DNA of 64,000 nt from Bacilli bacterium (GTDB taxonomy: Bacteria > Bacillota_I > Bacilli_A > RF39 > UBA660): NCBI GenBank assembly GCA_017544165.1, contig JAFYER010000012.1, positions 67,401-131,400 on the forward strand, read 5' to 3'. Each line of letters starts with the position of its first letter. Position 1 is the stretch's first letter. Position numbers and translations under genes: made by a program. Below, in pieces: positions 52,733-62,664 of this stretch. The notes beneath the pieces were generated by a model. It searched no databases. It was not told where the DNA came from and was given only the letters and a program-made list of their open reading frames with translations.

Positions 52733-55079
52733 CTCCTAAAAAAGAAAGGTCGTTTATTTCGTTATAAATTACATAATCATTTTCTTTCTTAAAGCATATA
52801 TCTTTAAACTTACAATATTGACAACCAACATCCTTAATAAAGCTAATTTTCTTAGGATTAATATCAAATTTACCATTTAAAATATTATCAAGCATTTCAT
52901 CAATTTTTTCTTCAGCTATATCGACTATTTTATCCATTTGTTTTTCACTTAATACTTTTGCATAATGATAAAAATTTCCGTCATTTTTAGTTTTCATGCC
53001 ACTTATTAATTTACTATTGGCATAAGAAGAATCAAACTTCTTTAAATACTCCCTGTCATTTAGAGAATATCCAACAAGTTTTAAATTATTTTGTTTTTGT
53101 TCTAAATAAGTTTTTTTCGGATCAATTGCAATATTTTTATCTAAAATATATTCTAGATAAAAACCTAAACATAATGGATTAGCAAATATATTTGCTTTTT
53201 GAACAAGATATAAATACATAGGAAGTTGCATGCCAAAACCATAAGGAAGATATTTTAAATCTGATTCCACACTTCCTGTTTTATAATCAATAAGAGAAAA
53301 TAATGTCTTATCTCCAGTTTCTTTGTATAAAATCTTATCGATATAACCAATAAAATTTATAGGTATTTCTTTTGATTTATCAATTACTATTTTTTGTTCA
53401 TATAAACTATTATCAAGCGAAATTAATTCTTTTTGTTTTTTAAGTTCTTCGATAACAAATTCTATATCTTTAATAACCTTTTTTACAAAGAAATCTTCTT
53501 TGGCATTTAATGTTTTATTATTATCTTTTAAATACTTGTTTATTTCATCTTTAACATTTAAATCATTGCTAAAACATTTAGATAAAATATCATGAAAAAT
53601 TGAACCAATAAAGGCTTCGAAGTTTTGCGAATATTCATCTAGTTTTAAAACATTATTTAAATAATATCTAAATGCACATTTATTATAAATATCAAACGAA
53701 GAATAAGATAAAGTTAGTTTATTATTTAATGCTTTTAAAAGTTCTTTTTTATCCAAACCACTAAACTTATTATCAAAACTATCATAATTAGTATCTAATG
53801 AATTTTGATATAATCCTAGATCACTATTTATTTCCCCATATTTATTATATAAATCAAGCATTCTGGCATAATTAATCTTACTATATAAACTTGAATAGCT
53901 TTCTTTTATATCATCATTTTCTTCGATAATATTTAAATTCATATCATAAATAAGAAGTGAAGGAAAATGCTCTACTCCATTAATACTTTTGGAATAACTA
54001 ATTACTAGGTTTTTAATATTTTTAAGTCTATTAATTGTATACTTCTTTATTTCTTTATTGATATCACTTGTTAGTTTTAAGTTAACAAAACCTTTGATAC
54101 TATCTGTTATATAATCTTCATCACTATGATATTTAGGAATACTTCCCATATTAAAATTCAAAACAAAAACATAATCGGTTTCATGAGTATAGTCGTCAAT
54201 ATCAATTATCTCAACATAATTTTTTAAATCATAATCATTTATTTTAGTATTTTTAAAATCCTCGATTATAAAATTTTTTACATTAAGATAATCGTTAGTG
54301 TAAGCATATTTATTACAAATACCCACTATTTTTGTTACTAATTCTTGATCAAAATCTTTTATTTTATCAATAGTTTTATTAATATCACTATCATAGTTAT
54401 CAACAAAAATTTTAGCTATTTCTAAACTATATAAACTTTTTTGATTAGGTATTTTAATAGGAATATCATAAAAAAAAGCTAATTTTTCTAAGGTATTATA
54501 GTAATCACTTGGTACATTCATTAGTTTTATTTTATTTATAGATATACCATCTTCGATTAAATGACAAATTCTTTTTAAAACAAAACTGATTTCTAATTCA
54601 ACACTATCAAACGCATAAACAACACTGTGATTATAACTATTATCAAAGGATTCATAAAAAGCATCTAATTTATCAAATACATCTTTTTCATAATTATCTA
54701 AAAAAGAATAACCGAAAACATTGATATTTTTATCCTTTAAAAATTGTTTAAATAAAGAATTATAAACAAGGTATCCTTGATCATTTAAATCATTTTTAAT
54801 ATCAGCAAGTTTTTTTAATCTTTCATCAGCATAACGACATTTTTCATCAATAAAATATAGGTTTTTCAAATACATTTCAGCAATTGATACTTTATATCCA
54901 TATTTATTTGTTAAATATTCTAATGTTTCATCTTTATATTTAAAAAAGTAATTCTCAAAAAATTCTCTTTTAGTAAAAAACTTAACATTTAAAAAAAGTT
55001 TATTATCGCTAAACTTTTTTAATAAACTTTCTTTATAGGAATTTTCACATATTATTATTGCATTATCTTTTATGTTCAT
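52716..55079 (-). CDS. addB: ATP-dependent helicase/nuclease subunit B (AddB)
   Basis: Immediately upstream of addA and overlapping it. C-terminal nuclease motif (GYIDKIL...LIDYKTG) and Fe-S cysteines (C...CQYCKFKDIC). Confidence 0.85.
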   Translation of the reverse strand: MNIKDNAIIICENSYKESLLKKFSDNKLFLNVKFFTKREFFENYFFKYKDETLEYLTNKYGYKVSIAEMYLKNLYFIDEKCRYADERLKKLADIKNDLNDQGYLVYNSLFKQFLKDKNINVFGYSFLDNYEKDVFDKLDAFYESFDNSYNHSVVYAFDSVELEISFVLKRICHLIEDGISINKIKLMNVPSDYYNTLEKLAFFYDIPIKIPNQKSLYSLEIAKIFVDNYDSDINKTIDKIKDFDQELVTKIVGICNKYAYTNDYLNVKNFIIEDFKNTKINDYDLKNYVEIIDIDDYTHETDYVFVLNFNMGSIPKYHSDEDYITDSIKGFVNLKLTSDINKEIKKYTINRLKNIKNLVISYSKSINGVEHFPSLLIYDMNLNIIEENDDIKESYSSLYSKINYARMLDLYNKYGEINSDLGLYQNSLDTNYDSFDNKFSGLDKKELLKALNNKLTLSYSSFDIYNKCAFRYYLNNVLKLDEYSQNFEAFIGSIFHDILSKCFSNDLNVKDEINKYLKDNNKTLNAKEDFFVKKVIKDIEFVIEELKKQKELISLDNSLYEQKIVIDKSKEIPINFIGYIDKILYKETGDKTLFSLIDYKTGSVESDLKYLPYGFGMQLPMYLYLVQKANIFANPLCLGFYLEYILDKNIAIDPKKTYLEQKQNNLKLVGYSLNDREYLKKFDSSYANSKLISGMKTKNDGNFYHYAKVLSEKQMDKIVDIAEEKIDEMLDNILNGKFDINPKKISFIKDVGCQYCKFKDICFKKENDYVIYNEINDLSFLGGDEDA

Positions 55080-55125
55080 ATAAACTCCATCTATATTTTA
55101 TCATAAAAACCTATTTAATATAAAA

Positions 55126-56007
55126 TTATATTAATTCATATTCTCTTATAGTAATTCTAGGATCAGAGCAGTACTCAATTACAAACTTATTTTCTTTTTT
55201 GCAGATTATTATTCCTATTGTATTATTGTGATTTATTTCTTTAATATTTTTATCAACATAATTCATATATTTTTGAACTTGGGAAATATATTCTACTTTA
55301 AACTCTGTTACCTTTAGTTCAATCACTACAAAACAATTATATTTATAATTAAAAAGGAGTAAATCTATATAATTATTTCTATCCCCTATTTTTATCTTGT
55401 ATTCACTACCAATAAAACAGAATGAATCTCCTAATTCCTTCATGAATGCTTCTATATCTTCAAGTATTAAAGTTTTTAATGCTTTTTCTGTTACTATTTC
55501 CATGTTATTTTTATTCTTAATTAGAATTGGATTTGGAACAAAATCTTTTATTTCTACTTTTTCTTTTACTTTTAATTTTTCTTTAGTTTTTTCTGGCAAT
55601 CTTTCATATTCGTTAGATTTGATAATATCCTCAAGTTGTCTTTTAGATAGATTTCTTTTAGATACTTGATTTATATAATAATCTATTTCATTGTTATTAT
55701 TTAAGGAAAATAAAAGTCTATAATGAGAAAAAGATAATTGTGCACCCAGTGGGTGCACTTTTGAAAATAAATAAAGTTTTCTAATATCAAATAAATATCT
55801 AACACTATACTTTCTTCCTAATTCTATAACTAATTTTTTAGAATACTCTTTTATTACGTTATCGCCATATTTATTACCCGCCATATATAGAAGCTTTCCA
55901 ACATTATAGTAAGTTTCTATATCATTTTTGTTTTTGCTGTAGTCTTTAACCCTTTTGTATACTTCATTACTTATTAAAAGACTTTTTATTTGTTCATAAT
56001 AATTCAT
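55126..56007 (-). CDS. PDDEXK-nuclease-domain protein, DUF1016/YhcG family
   Basis: The N-terminal helical region (YYNVGKLLY...) and the C-terminal motif IDLLLFNYKYNCFVVIELKV (D...ExK) match the YhcG-like pattern. Confidence 0.68.
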   Translation of the reverse strand: MNYYEQIKSLLISNEVYKRVKDYSKNKNDIETYYNVGKLLYMAGNKYGDNVIKEYSKKLVIELGRKYSVRYLFDIRKLYLFSKVHPLGAQLSFSHYRLLFSLNNNNEIDYYINQVSKRNLSKRQLEDIIKSNEYERLPEKTKEKLKVKEKVEIKDFVPNPILIKNKNNMEIVTEKALKTLILEDIEAFMKELGDSFCFIGSEYKIKIGDRNNYIDLLLFNYKYNCFVVIELKVTEFKVEYISQVQKYMNYVDKNIKEINHNNTIGIIICKKENKFVIEYCSDPRITIREYELI

Positions 56008-56098
56008 TGTTATCTCCTTTCACCCTTATATATACAAGATTTTTATCCGATTTCCTTTTTTTTATGTTAAATTTCATAAAAAAACTATTAGTTTGATT

Positions 56099-57082
56099 CT
56101 AATAGTCTTTAATTTCATTATAGTAGTTATTTAGTATTTCAATTATTTCCTGTTTAGTTTTTGCTTTGCATATCGTATTTTTTATCTGAGCATTATTTGG
56201 CATGCCTTTTAAATAATATAAAAAGTGAGTTCTTATTTCAAGGACAGCTGATTTTTCACCCTTTTCCATGCATAGATTAGAAAGATGTCTTTTCATCATA
56301 TTAATTTTATCTTCATAAGAAATCTTTGCGGGTAAAGTGTTATTTTCTAGGTAATCAACGCATTCCTTGATAAGCCAAGGATTACCTAAAAGTCCTCTTC
56401 CTATCATTACTCCAGCGCAGCCTGTCTCCTCGAGCATTTTTTTAGCAGCAAAACAGCTTGTTACATCGCCATTGCCAATAACGGGAATATTTACATTTTC
56501 TACGACTTTTTTAATAAGGGACCAATCAGCATGGCCAGAATAACCTTGACTTCTAGTTCTTGCATGAAGAGTAATCGCTTTAGCACCTGCTTTTTCTATT
56601 ATTTTAGCAACCTCAACACAGTTAATACTATTTTCATCCCAGCCACTTCTTATTTTGACAGTAACTGGAATTGGAACTGCCTGAACTACGGCTTTTACTA
56701 TTTCGTAAATCTTATCTGGATTTTTTAAAAGCGCACTACCCGCTTGATTTTTAATAGCTACTTTAGGAACAGGGCATCCCATATTGATATCTATAATATC
56801 TGGATGCATTACTTCATAAACCTTTTTAGCAGCCATAACAAAACTTTCAATATCACTTCCAAATATTTGCTGAGAAATTGGTCTTTCTTTTTCGTCCATT
56901 TCAAGTAGTTTAAAAGTTTTACTATCACCAAACATAACCGCTTTATCTGATACCATTTCTCCGACAACTAGTGAAGCGCCAAACTCTTTACAAATCATGC
57001 GAAAAGTTTTATTGGAAACACCTGCCATCGGTGCCACAATGATGGGATTTTTTATTTCTACATTTCCTATCATGAAACTCAT
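56099..57082 (-). CDS. dus: tRNA-dihydrouridine synthase
   Basis: APMAGVSNKTFR, IDINMGCPV and HARTRSQGYSG motifs, plus a C-terminal helical domain. Confidence 0.9.
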   Translation of the reverse strand: MSFMIGNVEIKNPIIVAPMAGVSNKTFRMICKEFGASLVVGEMVSDKAVMFGDSKTFKLLEMDEKERPISQQIFGSDIESFVMAAKKVYEVMHPDIIDINMGCPVPKVAIKNQAGSALLKNPDKIYEIVKAVVQAVPIPVTVKIRSGWDENSINCVEVAKIIEKAGAKAITLHARTRSQGYSGHADWSLIKKVVENVNIPVIGNGDVTSCFAAKKMLEETGCAGVMIGRGLLGNPWLIKECVDYLENNTLPAKISYEDKINMMKRHLSNLCMEKGEKSAVLEIRTHFLYYLKGMPNNAQIKNTICKAKTKQEIIEILNNYYNEIKDY

Positions 57083-57090
57083 AATATCAC

Positions 57091-57708
57091 CTATAAATCA
57101 ATGACATCCATATCAACTATTTTTTTATTTTCATAAATAATCTTAATAATATCGACGTCTTTTTCGGTTTCATTATATATAACTTTATCGTTAAATTCAA
57201 CAATTAAATCATCATCTAGATTATAACCATTGTTGCCATATTTTATTAAGTAACCTAACATCGTTCTTTTGTGAGTAAAAACAGCTACCTTATAGTTTGT
57301 ATCTAAATACACTATTTTATTGATAACTTTTTCAATTCTATTTCCTACTTCACCAAGTGACTCACCATTTGTTAGTTTTATGTTGAAATCATGGTTTTGC
57401 ATAAATTTAACCATTTTAAGATTTTTATTTCCTAGTTCACCAATCTTACAATCATTTAATCTTTCATCAACCATAATCTTTTTATTTAGTCTTTCCGCTA
57501 AATACTTAGCGGTTCCTAAAGATGATGATGCAAGCGAAGAATAAATAAGAGATACCCCATTAAACTCTTCATTTATAGCAATTGCTTTGGCAAGATTTTC
57601 CCCTTCGATTGAAAGAGGTCTTGTCAGTTTTTTAAGCTCGATATCCTTAAGATCAGTAAAACTTAAATTGTTTTCATATAAATTATTACTTATTAAATAT
57701 ACTTCCAT
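57091..57708 (-). CDS. Histidine-phosphatase-superfamily-like protein with a degenerate catalytic core
   Basis: The fold pattern is retained (PLSIEGENLAKAIA, IYSS....TAKYLAE, NGESL, VAVFTHKRTM). The N-terminal RHG motif reads SNN, and the SPLxR arginine appears to be replaced. Confidence 0.5.
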   Translation of the reverse strand: MEVYLISNNLYENNLSFTDLKDIELKKLTRPLSIEGENLAKAIAINEEFNGVSLIYSSLASSSLGTAKYLAERLNKKIMVDERLNDCKIGELGNKNLKMVKFMQNHDFNIKLTNGESLGEVGNRIEKVINKIVYLDTNYKVAVFTHKRTMLGYLIKYGNNGYNLDDDLIVEFNDKVIYNETEKDVDIIKIIYENKKIVDMDVIDL

Positions 57709-57710
57709 TT

Positions 57711-58544
57711 TTACTCCTTTAGAAATTTGAAAGACAAAATAAATCCAATAGCAAATAACAATAAACCAATAACGATTTGAACAGTGCTACATGTATAGCC
57801 GAAAAGTGAAATTATTATATTTATTGCCGAAGCTCCGACAAAACCAATAACGGCAAAATAAGTTTTTGTTTCATGCTTTTCTAAGAAATAACCCATTAGT
57901 TTAGAAATAAGCAAGATTCCCATGATCATACCAATACCAAAAATAGCTATAATCAATATATTAGTGTTTAAATTAGTAAATTTAACCGTTTCTGATATTA
58001 CGGCAAGCATTGGTTCGTAAAAGCCTATTATAACAAGAAGTGCTGAACCACTTACTCCCGGTATCATCATTGAACCGGCAGCAAGGGCTCCTGCCCCAAA
58101 TATTTTAGCAAGGCCCGCAAAAGTTGTTTGTAAAATTACATCACTTTCTGTTTTAAAGAAAGATATGCCTACAAGAAGTAAAATACCAATAATCAGCCAT
58201 ATGAAATTAGATAATTTGTACTCTTTTTTTGTCTTTTTGAATAACTCAGGTATACCACCAATTATTAAGCCGGTAAAGCATAAAAGTGTAGCAACTGGAA
58301 ACTTTTTTAAAGTAAAGTTTATCAAAAGGCAACTAACAAGGGCCGAAAAAACAATACCAATAGCGAATGTTAATAAGAATTTAAAATCTTTTTTAATACC
58401 TGTTTTTAAATTGTTGATATCATCCAAAAGTCTTTTGTAAATACCTAGACCAATTGCTAAATAGCTAGCACTAATTGGAAAAATAATACCTAATCCCACG
58501 ATAAAACTTTTGATGAAAATTATTAAATAATTATCTTTTTTCAT
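57711..58544 (-). CDS. DUF368-family membrane protein (PopT-like candidate polyprenyl-phosphate transporter)
   Basis: About 8 TM segments with two GxPGVSGSA-like loops (IFPISASY..., MIPGVSGSALLVI), characteristic of DUF368. Confidence 0.68.
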   Translation of the reverse strand: MKKDNYLIIFIKSFIVGLGIIFPISASYLAIGLGIYKRLLDDINNLKTGIKKDFKFLLTFAIGIVFSALVSCLLINFTLKKFPVATLLCFTGLIIGGIPELFKKTKKEYKLSNFIWLIIGILLLVGISFFKTESDVILQTTFAGLAKIFGAGALAAGSMMIPGVSGSALLVIIGFYEPMLAVISETVKFTNLNTNILIIAIFGIGMIMGILLISKLMGYFLEKHETKTYFAVIGFVGASAINIIISLFGYTCSTVQIVIGLLLFAIGFILSFKFLKE

Positions 58545-59611
58545 TCTTTATGTTCAATCTCCTTTATGTCAACCCGATTAATTGAATCAAACCTTTTAGT
58601 TATCTTATCTGTTGTCGTTGTAAGCTCATCAATTGAGCTATTAACTGCCCGAATATTTTTAGATAGTTTATCCCATCTATCTTTATATCTTGTAAATTCA
58701 ACACTTAATTTGTTTAATTCTTCATGAATTATCTTTGCATAACGATCTCTTTCAATATTCTTAATTATCATCGAAATAGTCGATAATGTTGAAATAAGGG
58801 TTGTAGGTCCTGTAATCCAAACATTACTATTATAAGCATATGTTATAAGTTCAGGGTGATAAGCATTTATTTCGGCAAAAATAGCCTCCGCTGGTAAAAA
58901 CATAATTGCTTCATTAGTCGTTACTCCCGGAATAATATATTTCTCTTTTATATCATTTATATGTTTTTTAACATCACTTACAAAGAGTTTTTCTGCGGCA
59001 GCTCTTTCTTCTTTTGTTCTTGTCCTATCAGTCATCTTTTGATAGTTTTCTAAAGGAAATTTACTATCAATTGATATTGTTCCAAGGGGTGCTGGCGCTT
59101 TTAAAAGAGCATCAACTATATAACCATTATCAAACTTAACTTGAGTTTCATAAATGCCATTAGCACTAGATCCAAAGGCATTATTTAAAATATATTCAAG
59201 ATTTACCTCACCAAAAGTCCCTCTTGTCTTTTTATCAGTAAGTACACTTTGAAGAGAAATAATATCTCCGGATAAATCATCTATTTTCTTTTGAGCTTCA
59301 TCTATTTTAGAAAGACGCTCTAAAACATTCATGAATGTCTTATTACTCTTTTCGAAATTCTTATCTAGTCTTTCATTAACTGTATCATTAATGTATGTCA
59401 ATTTCTTTTCAATGCTTTGACTCAACTTTTCAAAATCGTTTGTTAAATTTTTGGAAAAATCAAACTTAAAATCACCAATCTCTTTGGTGATATCTGTTTC
59501 AAATTTACCTAATTTTTCTACCATTTCAGTATTATTTTGCTTTTTAAAAAGTAAAATTATCAATAAAATTATTACTATTACTAAAAGGGCAATAATAATA
59601 TACTCCATCAT
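58541..59611 (-). CDS. rmuC: DNA recombination protein RmuC
   Basis: N-terminal TM segment, a coiled coil and a C-terminal RmuC nuclease-like core (IDSKFPLENY...MFLPAEAIF...). Confidence 0.8.
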   Translation of the reverse strand: MMEYIIIALLVIVIILLIILLFKKQNNTEMVEKLGKFETDITKEIGDFKFDFSKNLTNDFEKLSQSIEKKLTYINDTVNERLDKNFEKSNKTFMNVLERLSKIDEAQKKIDDLSGDIISLQSVLTDKKTRGTFGEVNLEYILNNAFGSSANGIYETQVKFDNGYIVDALLKAPAPLGTISIDSKFPLENYQKMTDRTRTKEERAAAEKLFVSDVKKHINDIKEKYIIPGVTTNEAIMFLPAEAIFAEINAYHPELITYAYNSNVWITGPTTLISTLSTISMIIKNIERDRYAKIIHEELNKLSVEFTRYKDRWDKLSKNIRAVNSSIDELTTTTDKITKRFDSINRVDIKEIEHKE

Positions 59612-60018
59612 TTTTTCTTCCTCCCTGATTTTTTTATTAATTCCAATAATACTTCGTCCATTTTTTCAGGACTAATGTATATTTCATGACTTTCAAATTC
59701 AACACAAAGTCTTTTTTTACTAGTTGCATAAGATAAATAAATATTGTCGGTTATATAACACTTTTTAATATCTTTTAAAGGATAACTTTTTGTGAACCAC
59801 CCTATTTTTATCATTAATTCCTTTTTATTTATATAATAATATCTATCGTAAAAAAAGAATGTAAAAAGAATTGTAAAAATAAGGGTAAAAATGCCACATA
59901 TTAAATATCCTAAACACACATGTAAAATAATAACTATCATTGATAAAATAAAACACACTATTAAATATGAATTAAAAACAACATAATAATTATCATCAAT
60001 ATAATTTTTATATTTCAT
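59608..60018 (-). CDS. Membrane protein with bacterial PH (YdbS/DUF304-like) domain
   Basis: Two N-terminal TM segments followed by a roughly 70-aa beta-rich domain. The assignment is tentative. Confidence 0.45.
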   Translation of the reverse strand: MKYKNYIDDNYYVVFNSYLIVCFILSMIVIILHVCLGYLICGIFTLIFTILFTFFFYDRYYYINKKELMIKIGWFTKSYPLKDIKKCYITDNIYLSYATSKKRLCVEFESHEIYISPEKMDEVLLELIKKSGRKKK

Positions 60019-60120
60019 ATATCATCATCATATTTTATTATACTAAAAAAAAGGATTTAATAAAAGCATTTTCAAAAAGCATAAAAAAAGCAATCTATTT
60101 TCTATAGATTACTTTAATAA

Positions 60121-60639
60121 TTATCTACTACTAGGTGAAAAAGTATCTTTTAAGCTCTCTAATCTTGCAATTTCTTCGTTTGAAGCGTCTAATTGCTTTT
60201 CAACACATCTTAAAATATATTCTTGAAGATCTTCAGGACTCATTGCTTTAAATTGACGATAAGTATCTTTATGATCATTAACGAATTTTTCGTCGCCTTT
60301 TCTTAAACTGGCAACACGCATAGCTTCCCCAGCAATTATTTCTAGATAATATAATTTTTTTCTAGCATAATCTCTTTTTTGTTCTCTACTCATACTATCA
60401 AAAAACTCTGGTGAAGGATTAACAAAACTATAATGAGTTTCAATTTGTTTTAAAAACCAATCTATCTCTTCTTCAACATTTTTTTTAACAAAGTCTTCTT
60501 CACTAGTATTTTGAACCTCAAGATATAAAGCCATAATGCTACTTCTTAATTGATTTTCTTTATCTTCAAATCCTGCTCTTATAGCTTCAATTTGCGTATC
60601 AACGCTTTCAGCGATTGTATTTCTTTGTTCTTTTCTCAT
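60121..60639 (-). CDS. Hypothetical helical protein (172 aa)
   Basis: Start set at ATG 60639 (MRKEQRN), 7 nt after AAGGAG. No motif recognised. Confidence 0.5.
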   Translation of the reverse strand: MRKEQRNTIAESVDTQIEAIRAGFEDKENQLRSSIMALYLEVQNTSEEDFVKKNVEEEIDWFLKQIETHYSFVNPSPEFFDSMSREQKRDYARKKLYYLEIIAGEAMRVASLRKGDEKFVNDHKDTYRQFKAMSPEDLQEYILRCVEKQLDASNEEIARLESLKDTFSPSSR

Positions 60640-60702
60640 ATTACTCCTTTCGTTTGGCGTATAGTATAACAACATATATGTAATAAATCAATTAAAAAAG
60701 GA

Positions 60703-62634
60703 CTATTTTTTATAGTCCCATATTAATTTATAATAGTTTTTATCCATAATATATTTACTCATCGTTATCCGATTTCGAACATCCATATTCATATCATCGA
60801 CATAATTTTCATCAAGTTCTTCGTCCGTCGTTTGTTCAAACTTTCCACTTGAAGCATAATACTTACCTTTGTCAGATACCCATGAATTGTTGGCAAACAT
60901 TGCAAGACCTGGTTCAGAAGATAATATATCATGACCAATAAATAATCTTGAATCATATGGAAGAGCAAATAAGTTATATACGGTTGGAATAATATCTATT
61001 TGACTACCGATTTTATCAATTTTAACTGTTTCCATTTTGCTATTCCAAATAAACAAATGACTATGATTAACCTCGATTACACTATCTTTTTTGTATGATG
61101 CTACTTCATTTACCTGATCAATTGTAAGTTCATAAGGATAGTGATCACCAACAAGTACAATAACAGTATTATCAAGTTTTCCAGCTTCTTCGAGTTTTTC
61201 AAGAAGTAAGTTAATTGCGTCATCAAGTTCCATTTGGGTTCCTAAATAAGCTTGAACTGGAATAGAATATGGTAAATCAAGTGCTTCAATTTGTTCTTTA
61301 TGTTTTCTAGCCATTGAGTTTGACCAAGAATAGCCAGCATGGCCAGATACCGTTGCATAAAAGACCATAAACGGCTTATCGCTATCAATATAATCAGTAT
61401 ACGTTGTTTCAATCATTTCCACATCACTTTGTGGCCATTGCCCACAATTAATAAGTTTCTCAAGGCCATTATAGCATGCTTTAAAATTAGTGAAACCTAG
61501 CTTTTCTAAGTAGACATTTCTATCTTGGAAAGCATAAGAATTGTTATGATAAGCAAAGGTATTATAGCCTTCATTTTGAAATAATGTTGCTATGCCCATC
61601 GGGAATGAATTTTGGCCACTACGCCATTGAGAAAGGGATGAGAAATTAGCGTATAATCCAGAAAGTTCTTGGAATTCTCCACCAATTGTACTATAAATTG
61701 TTGGCGTATAATAATTTTTTAAGACAAATCCCTCTTTACTCATTTTGTATAATGTTGGTGTTATATCTTTACGAAGAGCAATTTCATTAAAGCTTTCTGC
61801 CATGAATAGAATTAAATTTTTACCCTTAAACATGCCGGTATATTCATTTTGTAAAGTACCAGTTTCATTTTTAAAATACTCTGACATTTCTTTTACTAAA
61901 TTGTCATTTGTGTCATTAATTAAACCATCAAAGTCTAAATCTAAATTATTATATCCATAGACAACTTCTTCCGGTTTAACTTTCTTTTTATTTTTAATAA
62001 CAATCTTTTCATCAAAACCAAAAACTACCCGATGAATATCTAAACAGAAAGTATTTAATACACCAACTTTTTCAATATTAAGTGATGGATTATTTACCTC
62101 ATGATATAAAACGTATGCCGAATATTGTTTATCCTTTTGGATATTTAAAGATAAATAATAAAGTCCATAGCTAGCAAAACATAAAAATAGTATTAAAATG
62201 CTCGCCTTCAATTTTCTCTTTTTAAAATTAATCTTGCGGTGAAAAATGCCACATAAAATAACTGGTAAGAAAATTAGAATTATGCCAAATAATCTTCTTA
62301 AAACTTCGATTACTGCCTTACCAAGAAATGATCCAACTTGGTCTGCTATTTGAAGGATAGAAAAAGAAATATAAAAATCCATAAAACTTTTGACAACATA
62401 CTGAGCAGAAAACCAAACGCATATAATGCTTAAAAAGATAAAAAAGAATACTTTATTTGCTTTTTCTTTTAAAAGTTTAGTAAATAAGAAAAGTGTCATC
62501 GCAAAAAACAAAAGAAATGCAATCATCGTAATATTTGCTGGAATAAACACTTTATCATATAAAAATATTCGATACAAAAATTCTAAATAAATAAAAGTAA
62601 CAAAATAAATTAAAAAGATATTAACTTTTTTCAT
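60703..62634 (-). CDS. ltaS: Lipoteichoic acid synthase family protein (LtaS-type sulfatase-fold)
   Basis: Five N-terminal TM segments and an extracellular alkaline-phosphatase/sulfatase domain (LILFMAESF, TIGGEF, GDHYPYE). Start probably ATG 62634 after GGTGA. Confidence 0.82.
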   Translation of the reverse strand: MKKVNIFLIYFVTFIYLEFLYRIFLYDKVFIPANITMIAFLLFFAMTLFLFTKLLKEKANKVFFFIFLSIICVWFSAQYVVKSFMDFYISFSILQIADQVGSFLGKAVIEVLRRLFGIILIFLPVILCGIFHRKINFKKRKLKASILILFLCFASYGLYYLSLNIQKDKQYSAYVLYHEVNNPSLNIEKVGVLNTFCLDIHRVVFGFDEKIVIKNKKKVKPEEVVYGYNNLDLDFDGLINDTNDNLVKEMSEYFKNETGTLQNEYTGMFKGKNLILFMAESFNEIALRKDITPTLYKMSKEGFVLKNYYTPTIYSTIGGEFQELSGLYANFSSLSQWRSGQNSFPMGIATLFQNEGYNTFAYHNNSYAFQDRNVYLEKLGFTNFKACYNGLEKLINCGQWPQSDVEMIETTYTDYIDSDKPFMVFYATVSGHAGYSWSNSMARKHKEQIEALDLPYSIPVQAYLGTQMELDDAINLLLEKLEEAGKLDNTVIVLVGDHYPYELTIDQVNEVASYKKDSVIEVNHSHLFIWNSKMETVKIDKIGSQIDIIPTVYNLFALPYDSRLFIGHDILSSEPGLAMFANNSWVSDKGKYYASSGKFEQTTDEELDENYVDDMNMDVRNRITMSKYIMDKNYYKLIWDYKK

Positions 62635-62664
62635 ACTACTCACCTTTTACATTATACTACAATT

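Noticed and set aside
55740-55758. GC-rich 19-nt palindrome GTGCACCCA-G-TGGGTGCAC (two ApaLI-type GTGCAC sites) in an AT-rich background
   Set aside because: It lies inside the DUF1016 coding sequence (encoding VHPLGAQ). There is a single copy in the window and no flanking regulatory context. It is most simply a coincidence of codons, noted only as a curiosity.
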